From Pirellulales bacterium (GTDB taxonomy: Bacteria > Planctomycetota > Planctomycetia > Pirellulales > PALSA-1355): 64,000 nt of DNA. The stretch is from contig CAVTBU010000007.1 of NCBI GenBank assembly GCA_963733035.1, positions 687,710 through 751,709 on the forward strand, in the 5' to 3' direction. The stretch's first letter is position 1, and the number at the start of each line of letters is the position of its first letter. Under the pieces are notes generated by a model that did not search any database, was not told the DNA's origin, and worked only from the letters and a program-made list of their open reading frames with translations. Positions 22,780 to 33,516 of the stretch are shown one piece after another. Position numbers and translations under genes: made by a program.

Positions 22780-23946
22780 ATGGATGCTCTCGCAATCCGG
22801 TGCGCCATTCTGGTCGCCGCCGTGGCTTCGATGGGGGCCAGTTACCGATCGCCCAATTTCATCGTCGAGGCTCCCACCCCGCAAATGGCCGAGCAAATCG
22901 GTCAAGCTGCCGAAACGTACCGCCGCGAACTAGCCGTCGAGTGGCTCGGAAGTCCGATGCGAAACTGGGCGCAGCCCTGCCCCATCACGGCTCACGTTGG
23001 CAACCAGCTGGGGGCGGGTGGTGCGACGAGCTTCGTGTTCGAGCATGGCGAAGTATTCGGCTGGCAGATGACGATCCAGGGTTCGCTCGAGCGGATTCTT
23101 GACTCGGTGCTCCCGCACGAAGTCACGCACACGGTCTTTGCCACGCACTTTCGACAACCCCTGCCCCGCTGGGCCGATGAAGGCGCTTGCACCACGGTCG
23201 AGCATGAGAGTGAACGTGGCAAGCAGCAACGGATGCTTATCGAGTTTCTGCACACGAACCGGGGCATCGCCTTCAGCCGGATGTTTGCCATGCGAGAATA
23301 CCCACGGGATGTGATGCCACTGTACTCCCAGGGGTATTCGCTGGCGCGGTTCTTGATTTCCCAGGGCGGAAAGCGAAAGTTCCTCACCTACCTGGCCGAC
23401 GGCATGGGAGATGAGAACTGGTCGCGGGCCACGAAACAACACTACGCCTTTGACGACCTCTTGGAACTGCAGAACAACTGGCTGGCCTGGGTGAAACAAG
23501 GCAGCCCGTCGATTAACGCGCCCGACGAAACACCGGCTTTGGTGGCTGTGAACGCGCCGGCGCCGCGTGACGCAACGTCGCAGGCACGTACGGAAGCATT
23601 TCCGCCAGAAGATCAGCTCGCTGCCGCCGCGCCGAGTGCTGACGGCCGAAGCGTTTATGAAAGGACGGCTGGCGAGGGCGGCTTGACCAGCAATGCGGGC
23701 TCGGCGGAATCCTGGCAGCCGCGCGACGTTTCGTCGTCGGCTGATCCAGTGGCAAGCACAGCGCCGTCGAAAGCCGCGCCGGTACCGCGCGTGGAGGCCC
23801 CGCTGGATAAACTCCCCGGGCCTGCATATCAGGTCACGCGGCCACAAGAGATTCAACGACCGCGGCAAGTCATCCTCGAATGGAGCCGCCCGCCCGGTAG
23901 CGACTCGGCGATCATGGCATCGCGTGACATGCCGGGGCCACGGTAG
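22780..23946 (+). CDS. Secreted gluzincin-like (peptidase MA-like) protein with low-complexity tail
   Basis: Signal peptide, HEVTH followed by PRWADEG, Pro/Ala-rich C-terminus. Confidence 0.7.
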   Translation: MDALAIRCAILVAAVASMGASYRSPNFIVEAPTPQMAEQIGQAAETYRRELAVEWLGSPMRNWAQPCPITAHVGNQLGAGGATSFVFEHGEVFGWQMTIQGSLERILDSVLPHEVTHTVFATHFRQPLPRWADEGACTTVEHESERGKQQRMLIEFLHTNRGIAFSRMFAMREYPRDVMPLYSQGYSLARFLISQGGKRKFLTYLADGMGDENWSRATKQHYAFDDLLELQNNWLAWVKQGSPSINAPDETPALVAVNAPAPRDATSQARTEAFPPEDQLAAAAPSADGRSVYERTAGEGGLTSNAGSAESWQPRDVSSSADPVASTAPSKAAPVPRVEAPLDKLPGPAYQVTRPQEIQRPRQVILEWSRPPGSDSAIMASRDMPGPR

Positions 23947-24048
23947 GCAACCCTCCAGGTCGCAGCCTCACGGGCAGCGACCGACGACGCATGCCGGAAG
24001 AGGAGGCCGGGGCATGGCGCGAACCGGCAGCCCCTTCTCGTTGGCGCG

Positions 24049-25014
24049 CTACGCCAAGGGAACAAACAGGTATCTTGTCAGGTGGTAAAATACCGGTGCG
24101 GCGAAGCAGATGGAGTCGATGCGGTCGAGCACTCCGCCATGGCCAACGACCAGCGTGCCATAGTCCTTCACGCCGCGGTCGCGTTTGATGGCCGACATCG
24201 TCATCCCGCCGGCAAAACCCATCACGGCGATCACGGCCGACAGCCCGGCGGCTTGCCAGGGTTCGAACGGCGTAGCCCACCACAGTGCGGCGCCGATCAG
24301 AGAGGTGCTGGCAACGCCTCCGATAAAGCCTTCCCAGGTACGGCTAGGACTGATGGCCGGCGCGATAACCCTTCGGCCCAGCAGTTTTCCCCAGGCAAAC
24401 TGAAGCACGTCGTTGAGCTGCACCACCAGCACGAAAAAGAACAGCAGTCGCGAGTTCTGCCCCTCGAAGCCGGGAATCTTCAGACTCAGGATCGCCGGCG
24501 CGTAACTTAGGCAGTAGACGCAGATCATCAGGCCGGCCTGAATCTTGGCCACGCGTTCCAAAAACCGCTTGTAGTCGCCGGCCATTGCAACCCGGGCCGG
24601 AATAAAAAGGAACGCGTACACCGGAATCAACACCGTGAACAACAAGCCGTAGCGTTCGACGCCCAGGCCGACAATCAAGTACTGCAGCGGCGTGAACACG
24701 ATGAACACCCAAAACAGCGCTCGATGATCGCCCAACCGCGTGGGCGTCAGCGTGATGAATTCGCGCAGCGCCCAAAACGAGATCAGGAAGAACACGATCA
24801 CCGTGGCCACGCGAGAGGCTTGGCCCAGGAGGAAGGCGGCCGCCAGCACGGTGCACATCAGCCACCAGGCCCGGATGCGCAGATTGAAGGCGTCGACAAG
24901 CGCCGGATTGATGCCGATGTCGGACGAGTACTTGAGCCGCTGGCCGATCATTGTGGCCGTAGACAGAATCGCCAGCACGCCACCAACCAGGAATAAGGTT
25001 CTGGGATCGAACAT
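24049..25014 (-). CDS. Phosphatidate cytidylyltransferase
   Basis: Multi-TM, ISPSRTWEG, SAIKRDRGVKDYG..VVGHGGVLDRIDS signature. Confidence 0.92.
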   Translation of the reverse strand: MFDPRTLFLVGGVLAILSTATMIGQRLKYSSDIGINPALVDAFNLRIRAWWLMCTVLAAAFLLGQASRVATVIVFFLISFWALREFITLTPTRLGDHRALFWVFIVFTPLQYLIVGLGVERYGLLFTVLIPVYAFLFIPARVAMAGDYKRFLERVAKIQAGLMICVYCLSYAPAILSLKIPGFEGQNSRLLFFFVLVVQLNDVLQFAWGKLLGRRVIAPAISPSRTWEGFIGGVASTSLIGAALWWATPFEPWQAAGLSAVIAVMGFAGGMTMSAIKRDRGVKDYGTLVVGHGGVLDRIDSICFAAPVFYHLTRYLFVPLA

Positions 25015-25090
25015 CCGGCTTTTCTCTTAAATTCGCAATTGTCGCCGTCGTCGGCGGTTTGACCCGCCCGTGGCGAGAGTCTACCAAATT

Positions 25091-25691
25091 CTAAAGGTCC
25101 TTGAGACGCCTCACGGCCTCGCGGGCCCGGGTGAGGAACTCGGTCTTTGCCTCGCCTTGTTCCAGGTACATTGGCGGACCGAAGGTGACAAGACTCAACA
25201 GCGGCACCGGCAGGAACTCGCCACGCGGCAACACGCGGTTTAAATTGTCGATGTGCACGGGCACCAATTCCAGATCGGGTCGCTTCTTGGCCAAATAATA
25301 GAGGCCGCTCTTGAATTCCTGAATCCTGGACTCTGTGTTGCGGCTGCCCTCGGGAAAAACGATCAGCGACTGGTCGTCGCCAATCTCGCGCAACATCAGG
25401 TCGACCGGGCTTTGATGGACTTTGATATCCGTGCGGTCGATAAGCAAGGCATTGAACGTACGCGCCATGTACGCGCCGCACGGCCCCCTTTTCCCAATAG
25501 TCTTTCGCCGCCACCGGTCTCGTGACCGCGCGAACCGCCTGGGGCAGCGTCGACCAAAGCACGATCGCGTCCAGATGGCTCGTGTGGTTCGCAAAGTAGA
25601 CGCGCTGGCACGTGTCTGGCTGACAGTCGATCCAGCGCACGCTGGCACCGCTGAGAATGCGGGCGATCAGGGCCAGGAGTCGAGAGGTCAT
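25091..25691 (-). CDS. Lysophospholipid acyltransferase (frameshift at ~25475-25490)
   Basis: NHTSHLD in one frame, FPEGSR in the other. Confidence 0.88.
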
Positions 25692-25913
25692 GCTGCGTTT
25701 CGTCGGGTGGTTGCAGAGTGCGAGGCGGGACGGCCGCGGCGGCCATGCCCCTGGACGGGGTGAGGAGATGCCGGGCGCCTTGCCGGTCCGCCTGCGCACC
25801 GGTCAGTGGCATATTATCCTGGTCATCGAACGGGGCAAAGGCCCACACCGGCACTTCGGCTCGACGTTAGTTGCCGACAACAAGTGCGCGGCCACAAACG
25901 CGGGAAAACACCT

Positions 25914-27140
25914 TCAAGACGCGATGCCAGCGTGTGTCGGCGCCAGTTCCCTTGTGGAATTCGGAAGCGCGGTAGCCCTCGACTGGTTCGCTTTACGGTC
26001 ATAAATCTCGCTAAGAAGCTGTTGATATCCGTCCACCATCTGTTCGAGCGACCAACGCTCGGTAACTGTCTCGCGGCCTTTCTGTCCGATGCTTTCGGCC
26101 AGTGTGGGGTCGCGAAGTAATTGCACGATTCGGCTCACAACTTGAGCTTCGTCGCTGGGCTCAGTCAGAAAACCGGTTTCGCCGTTTGAAACCGTTTCGG
26201 CAATGGAACCCACGTTCGGTGCCACAACGGGCTTGCCACTGGCCATGGCTTCCAATATGGAAACGGGATTGGCTTCCATTTTCGACGTCAGCACAAACAC
26301 GTCGATGGCCGCAAGGATTTCTGGTATATCGGGGCGATTGCCGAGAAAATGCACGGCCTCGTCCAGACCCAGTTGAGAGGCGCGTTGCTCGAGATCGGCG
26401 CGCATTGGGCCATCGCCAACGATTAATAGCTCCGCGCCGGGAACTTGCCGTCGCACCTGGGCGATGGCGTTCAGCAACAGGGCATGGTTTTTTTCCGGAC
26501 GCAGCGCCGCAACAATCCCCACCAGCGGCGTGCACTGCGACACGCCCAACGCCCGACGGACCGCGGTCCTGTCGTGCGGTTCGCAAAAACGCGCGATGTC
26601 GACGCCGTTGGGAATGACGTGTACTTTCGCTGCCGGAAACCCTTCGCCGTCGATCAGGTGGCGTCCGTGTTGCGTGGCGACGCCGATAAACGCATCGGTC
26701 CACCAAGTCAACAATCGCCAGCGATTTGGGCGCTCGATCACGTCGGGCCAGCCAGTCGAATGTAGCGCCGAGCAAATTACTGGTACGCCGGCCATTCGTG
26801 CCGCGATGCGTCCCCAGAACATCTTGTCTCCGGCGCCGACCGTCACGACGGCATCGACTCGCTGCTGGCGATACAATCGCATCAGCCGGAGGAGTACGCC
26901 AGGGTCGTACTTGCCCCGGATCATGTTCGCGAACGTGGGGATTTCGGCCGAGAGGACTTCTCCCAGCGGGCCGAGCTCTTGCAGGCAACATACCTGTGGT
27001 GTGAATCTCTCGCGGTCCATTCGTCGCACGAGATTCACCAGCAGTGTTTCGGCGCCACCCACGGGCATCGAACTAAGAACGAACATCACGCGCAGCGGTC
27101 CGCGGTCGGCCAGAGGAACGAGCTTGGAGTGTTGGGACAT
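25914..27140 (-). CDS. Glycosyltransferase family 4
   Basis: GGAE, IPNGVD, RPEKN, EANPVSILEAMASG. Confidence 0.9.
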   Translation of the reverse strand: MSQHSKLVPLADRGPLRVMFVLSSMPVGGAETLLVNLVRRMDRERFTPQVCCLQELGPLGEVLSAEIPTFANMIRGKYDPGVLLRLMRLYRQQRVDAVVTVGAGDKMFWGRIAARMAGVPVICSALHSTGWPDVIERPNRWRLLTWWTDAFIGVATQHGRHLIDGEGFPAAKVHVIPNGVDIARFCEPHDRTAVRRALGVSQCTPLVGIVAALRPEKNHALLLNAIAQVRRQVPGAELLIVGDGPMRADLEQRASQLGLDEAVHFLGNRPDIPEILAAIDVFVLTSKMEANPVSILEAMASGKPVVAPNVGSIAETVSNGETGFLTEPSDEAQVVSRIVQLLRDPTLAESIGQKGRETVTERWSLEQMVDGYQQLLSEIYDRKANQSRATALPNSTRELAPTHAGIAS

Positions 27141-27159
27141 CAAACGAGCCTCGCGTTTG

Positions 27160-28719
27160 CTAGGTGTCGGAAGTCGCGGTGGTGGCAAACAGGCGTCGCT
27201 GCAAGCCACGGACGCGGACCAGTCCATCGGCAAGCGTTGCATGTAGCTCTTGCTTCTCATCGCGCGTTAGCAGGCGATCGCTAAACATTGCGGTCAGACC
27301 TACAACCGCGAGCGCTGCCAGTCCGACCCAGGGGCCGAAACACAACGCGGCGATTGCCAGCGAGAAGGCCCAGGTGCCCAGGTCGACCTGCATGCCGTGA
27401 CGCATGCTGAAACCAAATGTCAATCCGAGCGCGACGAGATTCGCCACGGTCGTGGCTGCCACGGCGCCAGGCAGACCATAGGTGGGCAACCAGAGTAAGT
27501 TCAGTCCGATGTTGAGGAGGAATCCCACAAACAGTGGCAAGCTGCTCAGCGCGGCTCGTTCTGCGCACCATAAGTAATTTTGCGCCACGGCGAAGATGCC
27601 GAACCACGCACAGTAGGCCAGCGTGCAGGGCAGGACCTCGAGACCTCCCTGAAATCGGTCTTTGAATCCGAAATGAAACAACAGCGGAGCTGCCAGCAGC
27701 ACGACGACCGACGCGGCGAGCATTGCGAGCGCGAGGAGCTTAAGCGCCATGTTCAGTCGCCGCACGACACGGTCGCGGCGGCCGAGTTCCCAGTCGGTCG
27801 TCAAATGCGGAGTGATCATGGAGGCCAACAGCGTGGCGACGCCTACGAACAGCAGCGGCAGGATCCGAGAGCTGTGGTAGAAGCCGACCTGCCGCAGTGC
27901 CTCGTCCGAACCCATGCCGCCGTGGTGCACGATCATGTAGCGGTCGATCATGTCAAACAGATTGGCCACCAGGTTGGTGACCCACATCCAAACGGCAAAC
28001 GGTACCAGGCGAGCCCAAAACGATCGCTGGGAAACGGACGCTGTCGAGTCGACCTCCGAGAGGGATAGCCGCGACAACCAGCCGATCGAGGCCAAGGCTG
28101 CAAGGAAGGTTGCCACCGTATAACCAATCACGATACTCGTGGCGGTATCGCGCCAGAACACCAGCAAGCAGATGCTGGCGACGGCGAAGCCCAAACCCTG
28201 TAGAAATTGCAGTGCCGTTACGACCCGATACATTCGCACGGCGATGAAGAGCGACGTCAGGAAGTTGTGTGCAATCACGACAGCCAGGCAAAGTGCCAGC
28301 CAGACGACCACTCCCGCTTCGCGTTCGGACCCAAAGATCAACTGCGAGAACCATTGGCGCTGAGAGATGATGACCACCATGGCCACCACCGATGCCGTCG
28401 CGGTCACAACGGCCGTCCGACGCAGAAACGCCTGGAATTGTCCGCGCTGGCGAAAGTATTCGACGTACCGGCCGAACGAGCCGGGCAGCCCCAACACGAC
28501 GAGCGGACCGGCCAGATTCAAGAACGCAAAAGCGACGTCCCACTGACCGAGTTGCTCTGGCGCGAGCCAGCGACAGAACAAGATTCCGCGGCCGAAGCCG
28601 ATGATCCGCTGCGCCACGGTCATGACCAGCAGAATCACAATGCTAGCGGCAAGCGTCTCGGCTCGCAGTGTTCGACCAGGCGGCGTGGCGGCAGCAGGTG
28701 GCTCTAGAACCGTGCTCAC
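27160..28719 (-). CDS. Wzx-like oligosaccharide flippase
   Basis: Many hydrophobic segments, DRYMI, VGFY, LLWLPTYGLPGAVAAT. Lies in a polysaccharide cluster. Confidence 0.8.
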   Translation of the reverse strand: MSTVLEPPAAATPPGRTLRAETLAASIVILLVMTVAQRIIGFGRGILFCRWLAPEQLGQWDVAFAFLNLAGPLVVLGLPGSFGRYVEYFRQRGQFQAFLRRTAVVTATASVVAMVVIISQRQWFSQLIFGSEREAGVVVWLALCLAVVIAHNFLTSLFIAVRMYRVVTALQFLQGLGFAVASICLLVFWRDTATSIVIGYTVATFLAALASIGWLSRLSLSEVDSTASVSQRSFWARLVPFAVWMWVTNLVANLFDMIDRYMIVHHGGMGSDEALRQVGFYHSSRILPLLFVGVATLLASMITPHLTTDWELGRRDRVVRRLNMALKLLALAMLAASVVVLLAAPLLFHFGFKDRFQGGLEVLPCTLAYCAWFGIFAVAQNYLWCAERAALSSLPLFVGFLLNIGLNLLWLPTYGLPGAVAATTVANLVALGLTFGFSMRHGMQVDLGTWAFSLAIAALCFGPWVGLAALAVVGLTAMFSDRLLTRDEKQELHATLADGLVRVRGLQRRLFATTATSDT

Positions 28720-29618
28720 GCGTCAGCTCCCACCAGCTCGATTTCCACGAGCTCCTCAGAACTGCTGGCCACCGGAGAACTCGGAGCGGAAGCCTGGTAG
28801 CGGTTTTTCCGGCTGGCTTGCAGCTTGCGGCGATCGAGCGTCACCCAGTTCTTCAGCCGAATAAGTTCGTCGTCAACGGCAATGCGCTGGAGATGAAACG
28901 GATCGTCGCCCGGAAAGTTGTAGCCCCCGTAAGCGGAACAGGCTCCGTCGTAGATCTGGCGGGCATAGTCAAACGCGGCGGGACTCAGGTTCTCGTGTTG
29001 TCCGTAGGGAAATGCGAAGTAGCGCACGGGCCTTCCCGTGACCTCCTGGAGCTCCTGTTGAGGGACCAGCAATTCATCACGCAGTACGCGGGCATCGGTG
29101 ACGCGGCCCAGATCGGCGTGGGTCCGCGTGTGGGCGCCAATGTCGATTCCCTGGTCGGCCAGTTCTCGAATTTGTTTGCTCGTGTTGGGCGCAAGCGGCC
29201 GACCGAGTTTCGCGTCGTGCGGAAATGGCCGCTGCGAGCGCATGTTGTGCGTGGTGACGAAATAGGTACAGGGAATGTCCAAGTCCACCAGGAGCGGTAG
29301 CGCGCGATGGCAATTGTCCGCGTACCCGTCGTCGAATGTGATCGTGACGCACGTGTCAGGGTTGTCGCCTGAATTGATGCGTCGTTGCCCTTCGGCCAAC
29401 GAAACCATGTCGAAGTTCCGGCGCAACCAGCGCATTTGCCGTTCGAAGGCCGTGTGTGAAATTGTCCAGGGATTCAGGCCATCGTCGGCGACGCGATGGT
29501 AGAAGAGCACCACGAACGGTGCCTGACCCAGCGTGCGCAATCGCAAACGAGCATACGCGCGGAGCGGAAATGTTCCGTGATAGTAAAGACCGAGCAGCAT
29601 GCGTTTCCAGGGTGGCAT
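28716..29618 (-). CDS. Polysaccharide deacetylase (NodB/CE4)
   Basis: VLFYHRV, ITFDDGY, HTRTH, FAFPYG. Confidence 0.9.
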   Translation of the reverse strand: MPPWKRMLLGLYYHGTFPLRAYARLRLRTLGQAPFVVLFYHRVADDGLNPWTISHTAFERQMRWLRRNFDMVSLAEGQRRINSGDNPDTCVTITFDDGYADNCHRALPLLVDLDIPCTYFVTTHNMRSQRPFPHDAKLGRPLAPNTSKQIRELADQGIDIGAHTRTHADLGRVTDARVLRDELLVPQQELQEVTGRPVRYFAFPYGQHENLSPAAFDYARQIYDGACSAYGGYNFPGDDPFHLQRIAVDDELIRLKNWVTLDRRKLQASRKNRYQASAPSSPVASSSEELVEIELVGADA

Positions 29619-29928
29619 CGCAAATCTCTCTCTCGGGACGACGAATTCGAACAGAGTAGTCCCAGCGTCGGCGCGGGGAGTCCGCACCGCTCCCGCCGAT
29701 CGGGACCATCCAACTCTCCCTTACGCCTGGGAAGATGCAAATGGGCTCCGCTAGCGAAGCTGCAGAATTGGTACGCCAGTTCGTGACGGACAAACGCAAC
29801 GCCGTGTTGCCAAAACGCATCGCGACTCGAGGTCGGTTGTGCCGAATGTGCAGGCTGCACATCTACTTTGAACACGGCGGCAAATCGTGTCGTAAGAGTT
29901 GAATACACATCGCAAGCGCGACTGGCAC

Positions 29929-29944
29929 GGGCACGACGTTTGCT
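29929..29944 (+). promoter_or_regulatory. Candidate sigma-54 promoter of the gumC-like operon
   Basis: GGGCACGACGTTTGCT, near-consensus -24/-12 element 52 bp upstream of ATG 29997. Confidence 0.6.
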
Positions 29945-29996
29945 TCCATCGCTCGTGTCCCCGTTCCGATCCACGAGAAGCGCACGAAGACCATTC

Positions 29997-31463
29997 ATGT
30001 CACACGGAATAATTCGTCCTCAGGACGTGCTCAAGATCGTCAGGCGACACTTGCTGTTGCTAGCCGCGCCGGTGGTCGTGTTGACCACGGCGGCGGTGTT
30101 GTATGCAGTGTTTCGTACGCCGACTTGGGAAGCCTCTCAGGCGCTCATCGTGCGAAACGAAGCTGGCGACGCCAACGCCAAGCCCGGCGCGATTTCGCAA
30201 CTTGAGGACATGAAGACCACGCAAGAAACAATTCTCGAACTGGCCAAAAACCGCGGCGTGCTGCTAAACGCCTTGTCTCAAGTGGGACGAGCGGCAAACG
30301 ACCAAACCGGTGGAGCGTGGCCGAATGAAAAGGCGCTCGAATCCCTGCAGGAAAGCGTCTCGGTTGTGCCCCCGAAAGGCGCCGAGTTCGGCAAGACCGA
30401 GGTGTTTTACCTCAAAGTAAAAGATGAGAGCCGTCAACGGGCCGTGGCGCTGGCCACCGCCATTTCCACGCAGCTGCAACAGCGCTTGTCGGCACTGCGG
30501 GAATCCACGTCACGCGGCTCGCTTGAAGAGCTTGAACATTCGGAAAAGCTGGCACGGGAAAAGCTGACCAGTGCCACCGAGGCACTCAGCTCAATGGAAC
30601 ACCGGGTAGGAAACGACCTGGCTGAACTGCGTATTCTGAGCGATTCTCCCTCGGGCGATAGCGATTTGCGGCGCAACCTTCTTGAGCTTGAAAAGGAACT
30701 GCGGTCGTATAAAGCCGCCCAGGTTGAAAACGAGGAATCGCTCAAAGTGTTAACGGCAGCGCAGGCCGATCCGCAGAAATTATTGGCCGCGCCGGGACTG
30801 CTGCTCAAGGCGCAGCCATCGCTAGCACGGTTGAAAGACGGACTCGTCGATGCGCAACTACGTACTGGCCAGGCGCTGGGTACGATGTCGGAAGATCATC
30901 CCATGGTTCTTGGTGCCCGCGAGGCCGAGCGGGTGATTCGCGCCCAGCTATATGACGAGATTGCGGTGGCCATCAAAGGCGCCGAGGCTGATCTGCACAT
31001 CGGCGCGGACCGCATCAGTGCGCTCGAGTCCCAGATTGACGCGATTCAAGCCCGGCTAACTCGGTTAGTCGACTTGCGAGCTGAATATGCCAATCTAACC
31101 GAGGCTGTCAAAAGCCGCACCGAGACGCTAAAGGGCGTCGAGCACCAGTTGGCCGAAGCCCAGGCCAGCCATGCTGCCGCCCAATCGACCAGCCGCATCA
31201 ACCTGGTCGACAAACCTGACGCCGGAACGCGGCCGATTGGCCCCGGCAAGACGATGATCGCCGCCGGCGGATTTGGCGGCGGGCTGCTCATGTCCGCCGC
31301 GATTTTGTTCCTGCTGATCCACCCGGTGCCCGTACATCATGTCGCGGTGGCCGAGGAACAGCCCGAACCGCAGACGCTTCCCATACAGAACAACGCTCCG
31401 GTGTCCACAAAACCGAGCGGTCCGCTGACGCTGACCCAAGCGCTGCAGCGGGTCGCGAGTTAA
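29997..31463 (+). CDS. Polysaccharide chain-length determinant (Wzz/GumC-like)
   Basis: N- and C-terminal TM helices around a long coiled coil, HP motif, VDKP..P before the last TM. No kinase domain. Confidence 0.8.
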   Translation: MSHGIIRPQDVLKIVRRHLLLLAAPVVVLTTAAVLYAVFRTPTWEASQALIVRNEAGDANAKPGAISQLEDMKTTQETILELAKNRGVLLNALSQVGRAANDQTGGAWPNEKALESLQESVSVVPPKGAEFGKTEVFYLKVKDESRQRAVALATAISTQLQQRLSALRESTSRGSLEELEHSEKLAREKLTSATEALSSMEHRVGNDLAELRILSDSPSGDSDLRRNLLELEKELRSYKAAQVENEESLKVLTAAQADPQKLLAAPGLLLKAQPSLARLKDGLVDAQLRTGQALGTMSEDHPMVLGAREAERVIRAQLYDEIAVAIKGAEADLHIGADRISALESQIDAIQARLTRLVDLRAEYANLTEAVKSRTETLKGVEHQLAEAQASHAAAQSTSRINLVDKPDAGTRPIGPGKTMIAAGGFGGGLLMSAAILFLLIHPVPVHHVAVAEEQPEPQTLPIQNNAPVSTKPSGPLTLTQALQRVAS

Positions 31464-31508
31464 CGGGTTTGTTCACTTCACTCGAAAAACGTCTTCCGAG
31501 ATAGTGCC

Positions 31509-32315
31509 ATGAATTCCGCCGTCATCAACCTCGCGAGCTTGGAAAGCGGCACCGACTTTACTGTCGTTTCCAATCTGTCTAACGATGAGCCCGTCGCGCC
31601 GAACGAACTAAACGACGCAGGGCCGGGCATCCGTCCGATCACGCAACCGACGGTTTCGTTAGCGCTCGAACGGTTTCGACAGGGGTTGCCAATCATCGAA
31701 CCCTTGGGCAACCAAAGCCGGGCCTACAACGCCGTTAAGCGAACGGCCGACGTCGTGGGCGCGCTGGCGCTGGTCTTGCTGCTTTCTCCGCTTTTGATTC
31801 TGACGTTTCTTTTGCTGGCCATCACGACCAAAGGACGGCCTTTGTTTGTACAAGAGCGGGTGGGTTACTGTGGACGGCGATTTCGAATGATCAAGTTTCG
31901 CACCATGCGCCTCGACGCCGACAAGCTACAACATCTCGTCAGCAACGAGAAAGACGGTCCGGTTTTCAAGAATCGCCGCGACCCTCGCATTACGCGTATT
32001 GGTCGTATCCTGCGGTCAACCAGCATCGACGAATTGCCACAACTGTTCAACGTGCTCGCCGGCAGCATGTCCTTGGTGGGTCCCCGACCGCCGCTTGCGA
32101 AGGAGGTCGAGCAATACGAACCCTGGCAGCGTCGCCGTCTGGCGGTCAAGCCGGGACTGACCTGCCTATGGCAAATCAGTGGCCGTAGCGAAGTTGGCTT
32201 TGAAGATTGGGTCCGTATGGACCTCTGGTACCTGAAAAACCAGAACCTTTCCACCGATGCCAAGCTTCTGGTCAAGACGCCTGGCAGCGTCGTAAGCGGC
32301 CGCGGCGCTTATTAA
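31509..32315 (+). CDS. Priming (undecaprenyl-phosphate) sugar transferase
   Basis: KRTAD, KFRTM, DPRITRIG, DELPQLFNVL.G.MSLVGPRP, KPGLT. Confidence 0.93.
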   Translation: MNSAVINLASLESGTDFTVVSNLSNDEPVAPNELNDAGPGIRPITQPTVSLALERFRQGLPIIEPLGNQSRAYNAVKRTADVVGALALVLLLSPLLILTFLLLAITTKGRPLFVQERVGYCGRRFRMIKFRTMRLDADKLQHLVSNEKDGPVFKNRRDPRITRIGRILRSTSIDELPQLFNVLAGSMSLVGPRPPLAKEVEQYEPWQRRRLAVKPGLTCLWQISGRSEVGFEDWVRMDLWYLKNQNLSTDAKLLVKTPGSVVSGRGAY

Positions 32316-32343
32316 AAGCTAGAGTTCCCCATAGGGGAATCTC

Positions 32344-33516
32344 ATGTCTAGCAGTCTCTGCGAAACTCCCGATGCGCTCGAAGTCGAACGTTCCACGTCG
32401 GGACGCCCGTCGAAACTCGTGCGCGCGCTGCACGTCATCAACGGCGAGCACTATTCCGGCGCCGAACGGGTGCAAGACTTGCTGGCCCTGAATCTCAAGG
32501 AGTTCGGATTCGAAGTCGGTTTTGCCTGTCTCAAGCCCGGCCGATTCGATGCACTCCGCAGCGCCAAAGAGGCGCCGTTGCGGCTGTTCGAAATGGGTTC
32601 GCGCCTCGACCTGCGGCCGGCCTGGAACTTGGCCCAGTGGGTCCGTAAGGATCGCTATGCACTGATTCATACGCATACCCCGCGGGCGGCGATGGTCGGC
32701 AGGTTGGCCGCTTGGATGGCGGGTGTACCGATGGTGCATCACGTACACAGCCCCACCGGTCGTGATTCGACGCGATCCTGGCAAGACCGCCTTAACTCGC
32801 AGATTGAGAATCTCAGCTTGACGAGGGTATCGGCCGTGATCGCGGTTTCCCGCAGCCTGGCGACCTACGTCGCCGAACAAGGAGTACCGCGACTGCGAAT
32901 CTACGTTGTCCCTAACGGTGTGCCCGTAGTGGGGCCACTCGCGACCAGGAGCCGGCCAAAGGGTGCCTGGGTGCTGGGAACCGTTGCGCTGTTTCGTCCT
33001 CGCAAAGGTTTGGAAGTGCTATTGCATTCACTCGCTCAGTTGCGCGCCGCCGGTCGAGACGTGCGGCTGCGGGCGATCGGCGACTTTGAAACGGCCCAGT
33101 ATCGCCGGCAGATTTTTGCATTGGTGGGGCGCCTGGCGCTTGAGTCTCACGTCGAGTGGACCGGCTTTACCAGCGACGTACCCGCGGAACTCGCACGGCT
33201 TGATCTGTTCGTGTTGCCCAGTTTGTTCGGCGAAGGGCTGCCCATGGTCGTTCTGGAAGCCATGGCGGCCGGCATCCCGGTCGTCGGAACGCGCGTCGAG
33301 GGAGTTCCTGAAGCGATTCGCGATGGGTGCGACGGCGTGCTGGCCGCGCCGAACGATTCGGCCGATCTGGCTCGGGCGATCGAAGCGTTCATCGATGGCT
33401 CGGTCAATTGGACCGCATGTCGCGAGCATGCGCATCGGCGGCAGGCCGAGATTTTTTCCGCCGAGAGCATGGCCCGGGGAGTGGCCGAGGTATATCGGGA
33501 GGTGCTGAAGAAATGA
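32344..33516 (+). CDS. Glycosyltransferase family 4
   Basis: SGAE, VPNGV, RKG, EGLPMVVLEAMAAG. Confidence 0.9.
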   Translation: MSSSLCETPDALEVERSTSGRPSKLVRALHVINGEHYSGAERVQDLLALNLKEFGFEVGFACLKPGRFDALRSAKEAPLRLFEMGSRLDLRPAWNLAQWVRKDRYALIHTHTPRAAMVGRLAAWMAGVPMVHHVHSPTGRDSTRSWQDRLNSQIENLSLTRVSAVIAVSRSLATYVAEQGVPRLRIYVVPNGVPVVGPLATRSRPKGAWVLGTVALFRPRKGLEVLLHSLAQLRAAGRDVRLRAIGDFETAQYRRQIFALVGRLALESHVEWTGFTSDVPAELARLDLFVLPSLFGEGLPMVVLEAMAAGIPVVGTRVEGVPEAIRDGCDGVLAAPNDSADLARAIEAFIDGSVNWTACREHAHRRQAEIFSAESMARGVAEVYREVLKK

